A DNA stretch of 60,998 bases, counting the filler, from Asterionella formosa (Eukaryota): NCBI GenBank assembly GCA_002256025.1. It is 19 parts of 19 records of this genome, joined end to end, with 100 filler letters (N's around TTAATTAATTAA, not from the genome) between each part and the next. Parts side by side here need not be neighbours in the genome. Positions count along the whole stretch, not along the records: positions 22,548 to 25,665 come from NKIB01014459.1; positions 25,766 to 28,883 come from NKIB01014460.1; positions 28,984 to 32,100 come from NKIB01014461.1; positions 32,201 to 35,316 come from NKIB01014462.1; positions 35,417 to 38,530 come from NKIB01014465.1; 14 more parts are not named here. One strand, given 5' to 3'. Position numbers and translations under genes: made by a program. Below, piece by piece: positions 25,114 to 36,439 of the stretch; position 1 is the stretch's first letter, and each line of letters begins with the position of its first letter. The notes beneath the pieces were generated by a model. The model saw only the letters and a list, made by a program, of their open reading frames with translations, searched no databases and was not told the DNA's origin.

Positions 25114-25560
25114 TCAAGGAATAATGAGACAGCAAGCAATCTCCGGTGTTAGGGATCCAAAAAGTTGAGATCCCAAAGGGGACAAAGCTGTGATGTCTGT
25201 CCTACCGTCGTTGCAATCAGTGTTATCCCAATCACAAAAATTATATTCAGAAGCAGTTCCATTATCATGCAACCATGATTCGCCTGAAAGGAGATCACCA
25301 GTCGCATAATTGAACACCGCCAGCACATAGAATTGCAAAACAACATAGTCTGTGGCACTATTATAAAGTGTCGACTTGCTTCTCCAACCTTGTAAGTGCC
25401 TTTTTTGTGAGGAGCCAGTAGTTGAAAGTGCTGTTCCGTTATCAAACGAATGTTCAGCCAAGAATCCAAACAAACTTTGAGATGGGCTTACTGATGGAGT
25501 TTCTGATGGAGCCAATGTTTTGAGTGATGTTTTTTTTTAGCTGAATTGGGATGGAAACGA
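25114..25560 (-). pseudogene. Decayed diatom-type LRR receptor-like gene (pre-LRR cap region)
   Basis: PSETPSVSPS stalk, then LQFYVLAVFNYATG...SWL...CDW...C...LFGSLTPEIAC. Truncated where the LRRs should begin. Confidence 0.65.
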
Positions 25561-25909
25561 AGATGTCAATTACCAAAAATATTAACAAAGCAGTCTTCAC
25601 TTGACGTTGACATTGGGCTGTTTCTTCTGCTTCAACGTCAACAAGAGAGGCACTGCTGGCAAGTTNNNNNNNNNNNNNNNNNNNNNNNNNNNNNNNNNNN
25701 NNNNNNNNNTTAATTAATTAANNNNNNNNNNNNNNNNNNNNNNNNNNNNNNNNNNNNNNNNNNNNTGGAAACAAGGAGCTGGCTGGTTGTGCATCGTGGT
25801 TACTGTGCCTGTATGTCTACCCTTCTCTAGCTTGTTCCTTGCTCACCGTTTGAACTGAATATTAATTGTTTGTTAAGAAATGGAAAAAGGTCTTATGTGA
25901 GTTTAAACA

Positions 25910-26945
25910 GCTATGATCTTACTCTGTGAGTCATGATCTTCGCTTCCAGAAAAGCAACGAGGACTCAGTTGCGGGCCGGTTCTGGAAGAAACAGACAGGC
26001 AATTGTTTTGTTATTCCTTGTCAGTAGTACAGAAAGGATGCATCTGAAAGTTCGAGAGAATATTTGGTAAGCAGTTAATATTTTGGAAAATGGGGACAGG
26101 TTGTGTGTTACATTGTTGTTGTTGTTGTTCCTCTTGTTGCTCTGCACCATTGTGTTCTTCGACTGTGTTTGGAACTATGTTTGATTGTTGTTGTAGTTCC
26201 TCTACCTCCATTTCGTTTTTCCTCTTGCTTGCTCCATTTGTATTTGGAACAGTGGTCAATCATGAACTTACTCTGTGAACCTTGTTCTTTTCCTACGGAC
26301 AATCAAACTGTTTTTGGCAGGGCAGGGTTGAACCTTGGGAAGAATGAAATGTGTCATGCTCTGTGTCAGGCAGGCTATCAATCATTTGTTTTTCGCATTG
26401 TCAAAACGATTCCTCTGGTGCAAAGGGGACATTGTATACATGGTAAGCAAGTGCAATGTTTTCTTGCCTTTTGTTGCTTGATACTGTTTGCTGTTGCTTG
26501 TAGTGGGCGGATCTCCTCTCCTATTCTCCTTCCTTTTTGTTCGGAATTGTTAGCGAATGAATTGCTATTTGTAATGAATTATAAAAAGGGCTTCGCTTGA
26601 TTGTGTGCTTGTTACTTGCTTGTTGATCACGAACTTACTCTGCAAACGCTGTTCTTTGTCTACAGACAATCAATCTGTTGAGCGAGAGATTTGTTGGGAA
26701 TCAGGCTGCGGCATGGTAGCTAAGCACAACGAAAATGATGCCTTTGTAACGATTTCTTGTTCATGAACTCACTCTGCGATTGTTGTTCACTGATCGCAGA
26801 CAATCATATGATCAGGTCTGGGTTGGCCATTGGGGAACATGGTAAGGAGCACAGCAGAACCGAAATCATGCATGGCTTCATAACTTTTTTCTCATCAACT
26901 CACTCTGCAAATGTTTCCCTCTTTCTACAAAAGACAATAAATCCG
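25910..26945 (-). repeat. Dispersed degenerate ~50-bp repeat (4-5 copies) in a decayed ORF
   Basis: + strand TCA(T/C)GAACT(T/C)ACTCTG...GACAATCA at about 26259, 26627, 26761 and 26892, weaker at 25911. The minus frame reads LS.DKEQ..QS(K/E)F(M/V). Confidence 0.6.
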
Positions 26946-27709
26946 AGCAATGAGAATGAGCAGCCGGCTCATTTGCTATGAATTGATCTACCGGTAGTAG
27001 TAACATGGATTCCTGCAAGTACTATGAGTACCCAAGCAATCTTGCGATTAGTTACAGCATCCAGCTGCAAGAATGAACATCCATTGCTTGTCATATTGGT
27101 TTAAGAATCACGTTCTATAGAAAGTATCAATATTAACTATATAGCGAAGCGATTAATTTGATTGATTTTGCGATTGTAGCTAGAATTCAATTTAAACGTT
27201 GATTGCTTAAAAATAATTATTTGTTTGACTAGCATATATATTTGTTTAACCTTGAGGTATTAATGTGATCAAAGTAAAAATAAAATGGGAGCAAACTAAC
27301 AGAATTAATGGTAGTCAGAGTGAAGAATATTTGTGAACGGAAATGTTGCGAATTGTAGAGAAAAGCACCGTATTGGGCGCGCTCTGATAATAAAAAATTA
27401 TTATTTCATGTGTATTATAACACAAATTGTTGTACCCATAACCCCAAAATTTGTGTTTGTGTTGACCAAATTTGGTAAACCTGGTAAGCACCTCGAAATT
27501 TTTTACAGTTATAAATAACAGTGCATTATATAAAAAGATGTTTAGGCATGAATGACTGTATAGAATTTCCCGGAATATTTCAAGACTTGCTTGCTCATAT
27601 TCAAAATGGCTTGCTCTTGCCAAAAAAGGTATGCATATACATATGCATATTGTTACATATCAATCAACGTCCTCAATAAATCGATCGTCATCGCTTTTAG
27701 ATTTAGGCC

Positions 27710-28420
27710 ATGTCTTCATCTTCTTCTGGTCAAAGGAGAGCAGCCAGGGAGGGCTTCCCTTCCTCTCCAAGGCTGCTTGAACGTCGCCGTCACCAGCAAC
27801 AAGAACAACAACACACTCAACCAGAAGAAGAGGAGGAGGACGACGACGACGACAAGAATGAAGATGACACTGGTGCTGATGAGTTTGCCAGTGATGATGA
27901 GGACAGTGGGATAGGTGTCCCAGGTGTTTCTCAGATTGGTGATCCTGGGGTTACTCAATCCCCATCAAGGAACAACAACGATTTTTCACTTGCTCCTACT
28001 AGTTCAGTTTCAAGAACGGCAACTGCCAGGCAAGCACCAACATTTCCAAGAGCTCGCCGAAGCATGCAGAGTTGGGGTCAACAGTTCAGGATCAATGAGA
28101 TTCTCTCATTGCTGGAAACCATTTCTACTCACCTGCCAATTGGGTCCCATGAATGGTAAGTTGTTGCATCACAGCACAACGAGAATTTCCCAAACAAAGA
28201 ACGGAAAGGGCCTTCACTTCGCCGAAAGTTTTCACAGCTGCACAAACTTAAGAAACTGCTGAGGTGAGATATGCCAAACAAATTTTTCGAAGAATCGAGC
28301 AACGAGCAGATGCAAGTGCTGAGATTGAATCCACTGATCTTGGAATAGAGAGAGAGCCCAATGAGGCCAATATTGATGAGCCAAATGTTGATGATGATTT
28401 TCTGGGGAGAGTGAAGACAA
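27710..28420 (+). pseudogene. Myb/SANT-like (DUF6818-type) protein remnant, typical PIF/Harbinger accessory ORF
   Basis: F...EILSLLETISTHLPIGSHEW*VVASQHNENFPNKERKGPSLRRKFSQL...VRYAKQIFRRIEQRAD. Stop at 28157-28159 and a frameshifting deletion near 28255. Confidence 0.65.
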
Positions 28421-28819
28421 TGGTGGAGCAACATCTGCCGCTTATGCTAATTTTTCTGGTTCAAGATTTCCTCAACCTATGGTGTCCCCTCGATTTAGAA
28501 AAAAGGCAGTGTCAAACAATACTGGGCCTGTTGAGAAAGTGCTTTCTCTTCTCTCGACACAGTTGCTTCACAAGGCTGGGTTGCACATTCCATAATTGAC
28601 GCAAGTTGCAGTTGTTCTACTGTTATATGGTACTTTGTACGTATCTTGAGAATACCGGGTAGATGGTTCGAAGAAAAATGGGTCCTCATGCATCTGCATT
28701 TTGCTCGAGATAGCTAAAAGTGAAAATCGAAATTATTTTTTGAATGTAGTTGCCAATTTTAATCTTTTTATATATATAATATATACATGATTCTGCAGCT
28801 TAGAACAAGCCGCACAATA

Positions 28820-28883
28820 GGGCAATCGAGCCGGAGAAAATCGTAGGACTCAAAATGGCCCCGGATAAATTTGAATTATCGAT
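28820..28883 (+). mobile_element. Terminus of a repeat family (TA|GGGCA...), shared with 39866-39930
   Basis: GGGCAATCGAGCCGGAGAAAATCGTAGGACTCAAAATGGCC versus GGGCAGTTGAACAGGAGAAAAGTCGTAGGACTCAAACTGCC. Homology begins abruptly at (TA)GGGC in both. Confidence 0.55.
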
Positions 28884-28983
28884 NNNNNNNNNNNNNNNNN
28901 NNNNNNNNNNNNNNNNNNNNNNNNNNNTTAATTAATTAANNNNNNNNNNNNNNNNNNNNNNNNNNNNNNNNNNNNNNNNNNNN

Positions 28984-29188
28984 GCACTAGGTCGAGATTG
29001 GCACCAATCACGCGTTGGTCCAGGGATAGGTCCTCCCGAGGCATACGGTCGATGGATGTTGTGGAGGCTTGTAGGCTGCGAGTCAAGGTCCCACGTGCTT
29101 TGGTGCACGATGAGCCTGCAAAGCCCCGGGTGCGCGAGACCAAGCAGGCGGCCCACAACATGATGGTTGCTGGTATCTTGAATTTCAT
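28984..29188 (-). CDS. 5' end of an organelle-targeted protein, possibly seryl-tRNA synthetase
   Basis: Signal peptide MKFKIPATIMLWAACLVSRTRG|FAG (Phe after cleavage), an S/T/R-rich transit-like stretch, then LDQRVIGANLDLV resembling the SerRS N-terminus (LD.R.I..N.DLV). Cut by the contig edge. Confidence 0.5.
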
Positions 29189-30138
29189 AAAAGAAAACTA
29201 TTTTTGCTTTGTCAGTGAGAGGAAGGATCGATGATTCAGTTATTGTTCCTGAATCTAAATCGTTGTTTGGTCTACTATTACCGGTTTATGTATAATAGTG
29301 ATGTAACGAAAAATATGAAGGTCATGGTAAACGGCAGATAAAGCCAGAGTTGAATACGGTAGTTTTCTTCTCGATGACGACTACATTATCCGCCACAAAA
29401 TATAGTAGTAACAAAGCAGGTATACAGCCCACGATGATGGAATGGGATGATGACATCAAGTGCGTGTCAGACCTTGCTACATACATATACCAATACTAAC
29501 TACGGCACTGAAGGTACGACACGACGGAGGGTGGAGACTGCCTGGTGCGAGTTTTCTTGTGACCAGCGCTGTGAGAAGGTCTGTCAAGAATATTAGCCCG
29601 AATCACAAGGATTGTGGACTCGATTGCAATCGAACAAGTTGAATGTTGCATTGCCACATCAATCAGCTGTCTACTTATGAGATCAAAGATTGAAGATTTC
29701 TATGGAAATGTTTAGTGGAAACTCAAACAGAGTCTTAGAACGACTTTTCGGGAAGCAAAGATGCATGGAAAGGAAACATTTAGTTTAGCTTTTAATTTAA
29801 TTTGAATTTAGATTATCAATCAAGGAAACAGTGGTGTGTTACTAATTGACAGGAAGGTCAATTAGTCAATCTAGTAGGAAGGCTAGAAGCAGAGACAAGT
29901 GGTACAAGGTAGTACTATGAGCACATAAGGTTCCATGTGAAGAGAGACCCAGCCTGCAGGAAGGAGCATGGACCATTTCAACAAAGGTCAACCTGCAAGG
30001 GCCTCCCAAGTCGAGTACACAAGATAACACGAGTAGGCAGACTCTACCCCAATAGGGTCTTTACTAAGCAGGCAATTCCTGCTCCGGCTATGGTCTTGCC
30101 ATTCGGGTACTTTCAAGTAGTTTTTAGGCTCTAAGCAA

Positions 30139-31370
30139 TTTCTGAAGTAATTTTTATTTTGTGGCAATATGGCGCACTTCGAATTTTCGGCATAAAAATT
30201 TGCGAATTTTAGCATGACAGCCAGAATAATGGTAAAATACATAGAAAGGGTACAACAAGCGTAAAACACACGAGAATGATTGTAACAACATGCAACATCT
30301 CGACGATGTATATCTTGCTCACAATCCAAAAATCCAAGGAGCCAGCATCACATTTGATCCTTCCAGCTTTAGCTGCAATGTTCCTAATGTCTCAAAATGA
30401 TTCTCAAGCAGTGGTATGTTCTGTTGATTGTTGCATATTCTTGCTTCCATTCATCTTCTCTGAAACTCAATACCTTTTGTGATTTACTCCTATTCACATT
30501 GTCGAACAAGATTCGCCAGTCGGATTTGTTATTTCCACCAGGCAAGAAATCAGCAAACTGAATGATTTCCAAAAAATATTTGAATCATTATGATCTACAT
30601 CATTTTCGCCAACGACATTACTTGCAATGTACCATGTTCCAACGCCACACTGCACCCGACGCAATTGAAAAATCAGGTTGATTGTCATCTTAATTTAATT
30701 TCTTCCCAAGTGAACCCTACTGCGATTGTATATGGTGAGTGCATCACTGTGTATAATCACATAAAATTTCGACCATTGTGATGATCGTGATCCCGTTCCT
30801 TGAAACTTCAGCCATCGGTCATCTTTCTCCTTCACCTACAACATACTAACTTTTACATCACCCTGATGCCACCAAAGATTAAAATTCAAGCCGGCGCTCC
30901 TTGCTTCTTCCACAACCACCATAAGCCACAGTTTTTCCAGTACTTCCCAAGCCGCTCTAACTATCGGTTGCTACTTCGTCTGGCCTAATTGAACATTTCA
31001 TTTTTTTCGCTTCGACAATGTGAAAGAAATGTAAGTCGACAGTTGTTGATGAACACGTGTTGGCCATTTGTCACACGAATTTTCCACTAACTCAATTTCT
31101 TTTTCACTATTTTCTACTCCCTGCTTGTCATTACTTTTGATTTCTGTTTCATACTTTAGTTGCTTAAAAAGATTCTCGAATTTTTCGATGCTTGTTACAA
31201 TCATTCTTGTGTGACTATATTTCTCATGCCTATTTGGGGCTCCATCCATTTTTGATGTGGCTTGCTTTCGCATGAAGATTCTACTCCTGATGCTGCTCAG
31301 CCTAAAATTGACTGCCGAAAAATCCACTGTGCACCTATATTGCCCCTAATTAAAAATTACTTATTAGAAA
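30139..31370. mobile_element. Decayed DNA transposon with long diverged terminal inverted repeats
   Basis: Reverse complement of 30139-30192 (TGCCGAAAATTCGAAGTGCGCCATATTGCCACAAAATAAAAATTACTTCAGAAA) matches 31313-31370. CACAC(G/A)AGAATGATTGTAACAA at about 30267 is inverted at about 31192-31214. Confidence 0.65.
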
Positions 31371-31456
31371 ACCAAAAGTTATTCAGACACCCACAGTTCT
31401 CATTGAAAAGAAAGACAATAGCTAGGGTGGGGATTGCCAGTGTAGCTGGTTCATGG

Positions 31457-31710
31457 TGGTGAAAAGTATCTAACCAGAACAGTAACTGTTATGTCATAGT
31501 AATTGATAAATGTACAGTATGAGCTCATCAGTAAATTAGTATATCTAGACAAACAGGTAAAGGTAAGTTCATGGAATGCTTCATCGTCCAATTTAGATAT
31601 AAATCGAGTTCTGATAAAAGGCCTATCCATATATAGCTCGATATAGCTACATGGGATTGCTCACTCTCCCACACTTAAGGAAAACCTTGACCAATGAAAA
31701 GGTTGATATG
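31457..31710 (-). mobile_element. Gypsy 3' LTR plus polypurine tract, related to 18230-19229
   Basis: AAGGTTTTCCTTAAGTGTGGGAGAG|TGAGCAATCC...TATCAGAACTCGA...GTTAGATACTTTTCACCA. LTR about 31457-31663; the integrase is deleted. Confidence 0.75.
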
Positions 31711-32200
31711 ATGGAATCATAAATCATCATCATGCATTGATAAATTATCCTGCAGAACAAATAGTATGTATGAACTTTTCGAACTGGCTCTTCAACACAA
31801 ACCTGAACAAATCTTTATTTTTATTTCAGTTGAATGCTGAGTGGATCAAAATCGATTTTCTCTTTCCAGTTGAATTAATCATCGTCATCATGACAATGTT
31901 CTTTTGAAAAAATCGAATCTGGTGACAGAAAGCCCCAAATCAATTTTCGTATTGCTTCCAGCCACCATATGAATTCTTCATCATTGTTATGATGATTTCA
32001 TCCAACAACTCGAAACACAATGCTGGTCCTTGATCATACAAGGTGATGCAAATTGTCATTTATTATTTTGAACTGTCAGCATGTCCAATTGGAATTTGTC
32101 NNNNNNNNNNNNNNNNNNNNNNNNNNNNNNNNNNNNNNNNNNNNTTAATTAATTAANNNNNNNNNNNNNNNNNNNNNNNNNNNNNNNNNNNNNNNNNNNN

Positions 32201-33462
32201 GAAGTTGAATGGTGATAGGGTTGGTGGTAGGTCGTTTGTTGATGACAGGTAAATCAACAGTGGCGTAATTGCCAGAACTACCAGAATCAGCAATGAGTGT
32301 GACGGGGGGACAAGTGATGGGAGATAAGTTTGTGTTAATAGTATTATCAACAGCAACTTGCTCCCCTCCACATCAAGCAAGTGGTGAAGGTGGCGGTGAA
32401 ACACGGGGTGGCCGGGTAGGATGGGGACCATCACTGAAAAGACGGATGCTGCCACCCAGACGTTGATCAAAGGTGGCATTGAGTTGATGGCCAGAAGCTG
32501 GATGATTGCAAGTTGCACTGGTATGGTCAGGGTTTTTGGTAAGACCATGAGTCCAACAATAGCCTAATTGGACATTGTTGTAAGTGTATCCAGAAGGGAC
32601 AGCACGAGCAGCGGCAGCAATAGCTGGCAATGGGGGAGGGCCACTGGTTTGAATGGCAGCATGGGCACCATGATAACCGGCAGTGGTGGCGGTGGCAAGG
32701 CGCAATCGTTCCTTATCAGCATGCATGAAATGCGGGCAAAAATTAACCCATGTACGGTCCAGCTCAGCGCGATCACGCCAAGTTTGAATGCTATGAGAAT
32801 ATACACCAGCCTGTTCCAAAGCAGAAAGAGTCAATCGCATGACAGTACTGTCCGAGAAAGTTCCCCACCAGAATTGGCAATGGCACGAAGATGTTTGATG
32901 CGGATCCATAAATGCTCAATAGGTTCCTCTGGTGTCCAAGCATCGGCCAACAAGCGCATGCGATTGAGTTCTAAATCATCCGCACTCAATGTTGCATATG
33001 TAGATTCTAAGTGAGCAACCAAGGTCAGAACAGTGATGTCTGCATATCCAAATGTATAATCTTCCAGAACGTTGTAGTAAGTTGGGTCAATGGCTGTTAG
33101 AATTTGTTGTCGGAGAATTTCACGGATTTGGGAGTAACGGCGGAATGTGTCAAGGGAGGTGTCAAAGAGACGGTTGGCAGCAGTGATTTGGGACTGTGTT
33201 GCAGTAGCACTGTGTGGCGGCTGGATGCCGGGATGTTCGGGCGGTACAAAGGGTTCACCGGCACGTAAAAGATAAGGAGCAGCAGCCATGACAATACCAA
33301 GGAAACCATTGGCATCACCACCACTGGTACAGTGGACAGAGCAAGCGTTGGCAAAGAGTTCCTTGCGAAGGCGGGTTACAGTGAAGGCTGTAGGTTTGCC
33401 CTCGATCGGCGTCAAGAGCGGATGAGGGAATGGAAAACAGCGGAAACGATTGGAGTCGTCAT
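32201..33462 (-). mobile_element. CoDi-type Copia gag and start of protease, frameshifted
   Basis: FPHPLLTPIEGKPT...KELFANA.SVH..SGG.ANGFLG; CWTHG...HTSATC...GH...AT...GGS; after the TGA at 32373-32375 the same frame gives IADSGSSGNY. Frameshifts near 33435 and 32860. Confidence 0.88.
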
Positions 33463-33600
33463 GGTGGAAGAAGGCCTGAGAGACAGGGACAGCAAACGGG
33501 CAAGCAGTGCTGGACGGTTGATTGTTGAGACCAGTTTTGTCGAGTTTTGGGACGACGATAGCTAAACGTTGGCTGGGTCTGACGGCGATTTAGATACATA

Positions 33601-33791
33601 GGTAACTTTCAAATAGCATCAGTATATAACTTCTGGCGAGAAACTGCAGAAAGGAACTTCGGGTTTTATACTATGCCAAATAAACAGATTTTCCCCGAAA
33701 TTTCGAGTCTTTTTAGCGTAGTTAAAAAACCGAAGTTCCTTTCTGCAGTTTCTGACCAGATCCTATATACTGACGATATATAGCGTGAACC
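33601..33791. mobile_element. 191-bp fold-back MITE flanked by TA
   Basis: About 85-bp imperfect arms with a perfect 24-bp core AGAAACTGCAGAAAGGAACTTCGG (33639-33662 / 33730-33753); ends TA|GGT...ACC|TA. Confidence 0.8.
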
Positions 33792-33967
33792 TACACCCCT
33801 ACTTTGTCCGAAGACTGTATTTAAGCATATGGAAAGGGTGTGTATTGGTGAAAGCTCCGTTGAGCGTTATACATTTTTAATTTGAATGTGAAAAGTATGT
33901 GTTTGATTAGTCTGACTGAATATTTTTTTTAAACCCTACCTCGAGCTAGGGGTTCAAATGCAGCAAC

Positions 33968-34444
33968 CTTAATGCCGTGTCTTTCAGTAACCCAGCCTAC
34001 GCGCCCAAATTGCTTGTATAACTTGTAGGGCCTTCTTGGATTCATTTCGCCATAGAACATGTCGTCGGGACTTCTTTTAGTTACTGAGTTAACTGTACTA
34101 TTTGTTAAACATGTACCTGTATGTACCGCCTCTGCCCATAATAGCCCTTGGTACTCATCTGTTAGTTTTGCACTTAGCATCATTGATAGTGCCCTCTGTT
34201 GCACAATGACAAAACCGCGTTCCACTACACCATTGTGTTGTGGAGTGTGCGGGGCAGTAAATTCCATTTTTATACCGCGATTTTCACATACCTTTCTCAA
34301 TTGTTTAGTATTCTCGCCTGCGTCATCGCAACGGACATACTTTGTCTTGTGACCGGCTCTGGCTAAACTTAATAGTAAAGCTTCAATGACTGTTCTGATA
34401 TCGTTCTTCTTTTTAATGAAATAGCTCCAGGGCTTTCTTGTGTA
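33968..34444 (-). mobile_element. Copia integrase core fragment
   Basis: YTRKPWSYF...RCDDAGEN...EFTAPHTPQHNGVVERGF...LWAEAV. Confidence 0.88.
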
Positions 34445-34569
34445 CCGGTACTATACTATCATGTATACCGGTACTGGTAGTAGTATCATGTATCGTATCT
34501 CGTATCAAGTAACAAAAAACAAAAAAAATTATACATGAGTGCACTAGTAACAGTGCCTCTAAAAATAAA

Positions 34570-35316
34570 AAAACGAAGAGAACAACACGACACTACCAGG
34601 TTCATATACCCAGCAAGGAATATTCGTCGCCACATGCATCGAAATTAGTTACAACGAGGAAGCAAACCTCGCTGGTGACGTCAGAAATCGCTGGTTGTTA
34701 GACAGTGGTGCTACCGTTCACATCTGCATGGACGTGCGCATGATGGAAGACAAGAAACAAGTGAGTGAAACGGTCGTGGTAGGGAATGGAACGATACGAT
34801 GACTATACGAAACAAGAGCGGCTTTCTGACCTGCAAAAGAGATAAAACTCGAAAACTCGAAGCAATGTATCATGTCGAAGGTAATCCGATCATCAAGCAA
34901 ACGATGATGGAAATCGAGCAACTACAAGAGAACACTACACAACAATCAATCGACGACTACAACGAAAACGATTGGACGAAAGTTGAAGCAAAGAAAACGA
35001 ACAAAGGAAAGAACAAATGGAATAATCAAAATGGTGAGTTTGAAAATAATTATGTGATTGTTGATATTAATGAAGCGCATGCGATGTTTGGTCATGTGGG
35101 CGAGAAATGCTTGCACGATACGGCGAAATTATTTGAATGGCTGGAAGTTGAGCGGCATCATGACAGTGTGCACAGGCTGTGCGGCAGCGAAAGCGAAAGC
35201 ACGAGCCGTCCCAAAAACAACGCAAGAAAAATCGACAGTACCTGGAGAGAGACTGTTTATGGACATCAGCGGACCCTACGCGAAATCCGTTGTAGGTAAT
35301 CACTTCTGGGTCATGG
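34570..35316 (+). mobile_element. Copia protease, HHCC and integrase N-terminal fragment, internally deleted
   Basis: WLLDSGATVHI; EAHAMFGHVGE...CTGCAAAKAK...PGERLFMDISGP...NHFWVM at the contig end. Confidence 0.88.
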
Positions 35317-35416
35317 NNNNNNNNNNNNNNNNNNNNNNNNNNNNNNNNNNNNNNNNNNNNTTAATTAATTAANNNNNNNNNNNNNNNNNNNNNNNNNNNN
35401 NNNNNNNNNNNNNNNN

Positions 35417-36120
35417 GTGACCCACTGAGTTCTCCTACCGGTTTTCGTTTGAATAGTTCGACGCCTGATGAGTGGCAACAAGAGTTTGAATTGAATCATG
35501 CCAAGACTTCAGACCAATCAATTCGCTTGGTTCTTGCTTACTCTTTTAAGGATCGAAAAAACAAGCACCTTCCTCCCAAGAACATTTTTCAAACAATCAT
35601 GCAAAATTGTGTTGCTGAAGGCAATCATGTGATGGCTGCGTCAAGAAAATGAGCGTGTCAGTTGTCAATTTCACTACCTGTACAATAATTTTACCCCAAG
35701 TGGTTGTGGAAGAGCGCGTGCTATTGTCAATGCAGCCGGTCATGCATGGAATTGTCAAGCGACTCATCCTGAAGGTACTACACATACTTGGGGGAATTGT
35801 TTTCAGAATCCTCATACTCAAGGTGGTCAAGCAAGTGGCATGGCTGGTCGTCATAATGGACGTGGCCATTCCAGTTTTGGTGAACATGGACATTTTGGTG
35901 GTCGTGGAGGTGGCTCACCCATCAATCCTATGGAAAGCTACCATACTGACACTACTAACCCTGTGCCTGTTCCACTTACTCGTATGTATACTACTATATA
36001 AATTGCATGGGGTCATAATACTCATCCATCTGGTTGAGTTACCATGCCATGTGCCGATCCTACCAAGAATACATCTGCCCAGGAAATATCACCAGTGGTC
36101 ACATACCCTCTTGCCAGTCA
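35417..36120 (+). mobile_element. Degraded Gypsy-type gag fragment
   Basis: STPDEWQQEF and, in an unlisted frame, CQATHPEGTTHTWGNCFQNP followed by a Gly/Arg/His-rich stretch (CHHC-type knuckle). Confidence 0.55.
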
Positions 36121-36204
36121 GCTAGTGACTTTTTTCCCTACTAGTACACAAAAGCAGATTGCTAATGCATCACCATCACAGAGGTATGTGCAATAATAGC
36201 GATG

Positions 36205-36439
36205 CTATTCATAATGACTTATTGAGTATACCTCACGTTATTAGTCATCACCTTGATAATATTGTGCGCAAGGAACCTGACGTGTCGAGTACCAGGACAA
36301 TGTTCTTTGGACTGGAGGCTGTGGCCGCAACATACCAACATCGTAATCGTACGTCATACTGGGCAGCCCATGACGGGTCTATTCATAATGACTTATTGAG
36401 TATACCTCATGTTAGTAGTCATCACCTTGATAATATTGT
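36205..36439 (+). repeat. 61-bp direct repeat
   Basis: CTATTCATAATGACTTATTGAGTATACCTCA(C/T)GTTA(T/G)TAGTCATCACCTTGATAATATTGT at 36205-36265 and 36379-36439. Confidence 0.9.

Noticed and set aside
35460..35495. CTGATGAG hammerhead-like core (also near 20807 and 27876)
   Set aside because: No stem II followed by GAAA and no closing helices visible; all lie in coding remnants.
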